This document shows positions 34,259 through 34,757 of a stretch of 34,757 nt of DNA, in pieces (within the stretch, counting starts at the first letter, position 1; each line of letters starts with the position of its first letter). Under the pieces are notes generated by a model. That model was not told the origin of the DNA and ran no database searches. It saw only the letters and a program-made list of their open reading frames with translations. The stretch is taken from positions 1 to 34,757 of IMG/VR virus record IMGVR_UViG_3300029183_000020; one strand, written 5' to 3'. Origin of the DNA: a virus. Taxonomy: Duplodnaviria > Caudoviricetes. The translations under genes were made by a program, and so were the position numbers.

Positions 34259-34709
34259 GGAACTCGTCCTCTGGGTTCTGTTTTGGCTTCGGGTTCGACT
34301 TCACCCGGGTCCGCGCCGCGGGCGTCAACCCAAACTCGATTAAATAGGACTTCATAATCTTCGAGTACTCCGCAGCGACGTTGACGCACGGCCGTTTCAC
34401 CGTTCGCGATCCATGCTGGTTGTACACCGTTTCGTACATGCCGTTGTCGTTCATGTCCGCAAACGCTGCCTGTGATGTCGCCCACGCCTGGCAATACCGC
34501 ACCAACGCCGCACGGTCAGCCCGAGCCAACAACCCCATGCTATCAAGTTCGGGGACAATCCGATTCCATTCGGCCAGGGCCTCACATTCGAGGTCGCTCG
34601 GGGCCTCCGGTGTGCCATCCGCTGCCGGCTCATTTTCCGGCAACGGCCTTCTGCCTGGATTACCCTCTAAAACCTTGAGGTTGGTGGGTTTAGGTCGTCT
34701 ACCAGTCAT
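34242..34709 (-). CDS. terS: terminase small subunit (P27 family)
   Basis: GRRPKPT.LK.LEGNPGRR, YCQAW, EFGLTPAAR. Confidence 0.95.
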   Translation of the reverse strand: MTGRRPKPTNLKVLEGNPGRRPLPENEPAADGTPEAPSDLECEALAEWNRIVPELDSMGLLARADRAALVRYCQAWATSQAAFADMNDNGMYETVYNQHGSRTVKRPCVNVAAEYSKIMKSYLIEFGLTPAARTRVKSNPKPKQNPEDEFLGKTG

Positions 34710-34740
34710 TTTCGATCACAAATCTTTTATTTCGCGCCTC

Positions 34741-34757
34741 GATCGTGACTGGGAAAC
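34741..34757 (-). other. Random-amplification primer tag, artefact
   Basis: GATCGTGACTGGGAAAC is the reverse complement of positions 1-17. Confidence 0.9.

Noticed and set aside
1-34757. Perfect 17-bp terminal inverted repeats suggesting a transposon or protein-primed linear genome
   Set aside because: Sequence equals the common random-amplification primer tag; no transposase or protein-primed polymerase is present

Overview
Near-complete ~34.7 kb tailed-phage (siphovirus, HK97-type head) genome, almost entirely on the minus strand. Both ends carry the 17-nt random-amplification primer tag GTTTCCCAGTCACGATC, which is a library artefact. Reading the minus strand from the right end: TerS, TerL, a two-domain glycosyltransferase, portal fused to a MuF-like domain, prohead protease, major capsid, head-tail genes, two paralogous tail-tube genes, tail chaperone with -1 frameshift, tape measure, distal tail, hub, NlpC/P60-like, tail tip, and a lysis cassette with an inserted DNA methyltransferase. 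A plus-strand operon encodes two more DNA methyltransferases. A long early/replication region begins with a SpoU/TrmH RNA methyltransferase and includes a DnaB-like helicase, tRNA-Asp, MazG-like, ERF, Gp157, RusA-like and HAD genes. I recognised no integrase, canonical repressor, primase or polymerase. The most unusual aspect is an RNA layer: (1) a ~200-nt tRNA-mimic RNA in the same operon as the SpoU methyltransferase; (2) a ~340-nt multi-stem RNA in front of a minimal replication module; (3) a leader with a loop-bulge kissing interaction; (4) a non-canonical tRNA-Asp lying inside an ORF. Two near-identical promoters, each carrying a palindromic operator, appear to drive leaderless mRNAs. All calls are by eye from motifs and synteny; no searches or folding programs were run.
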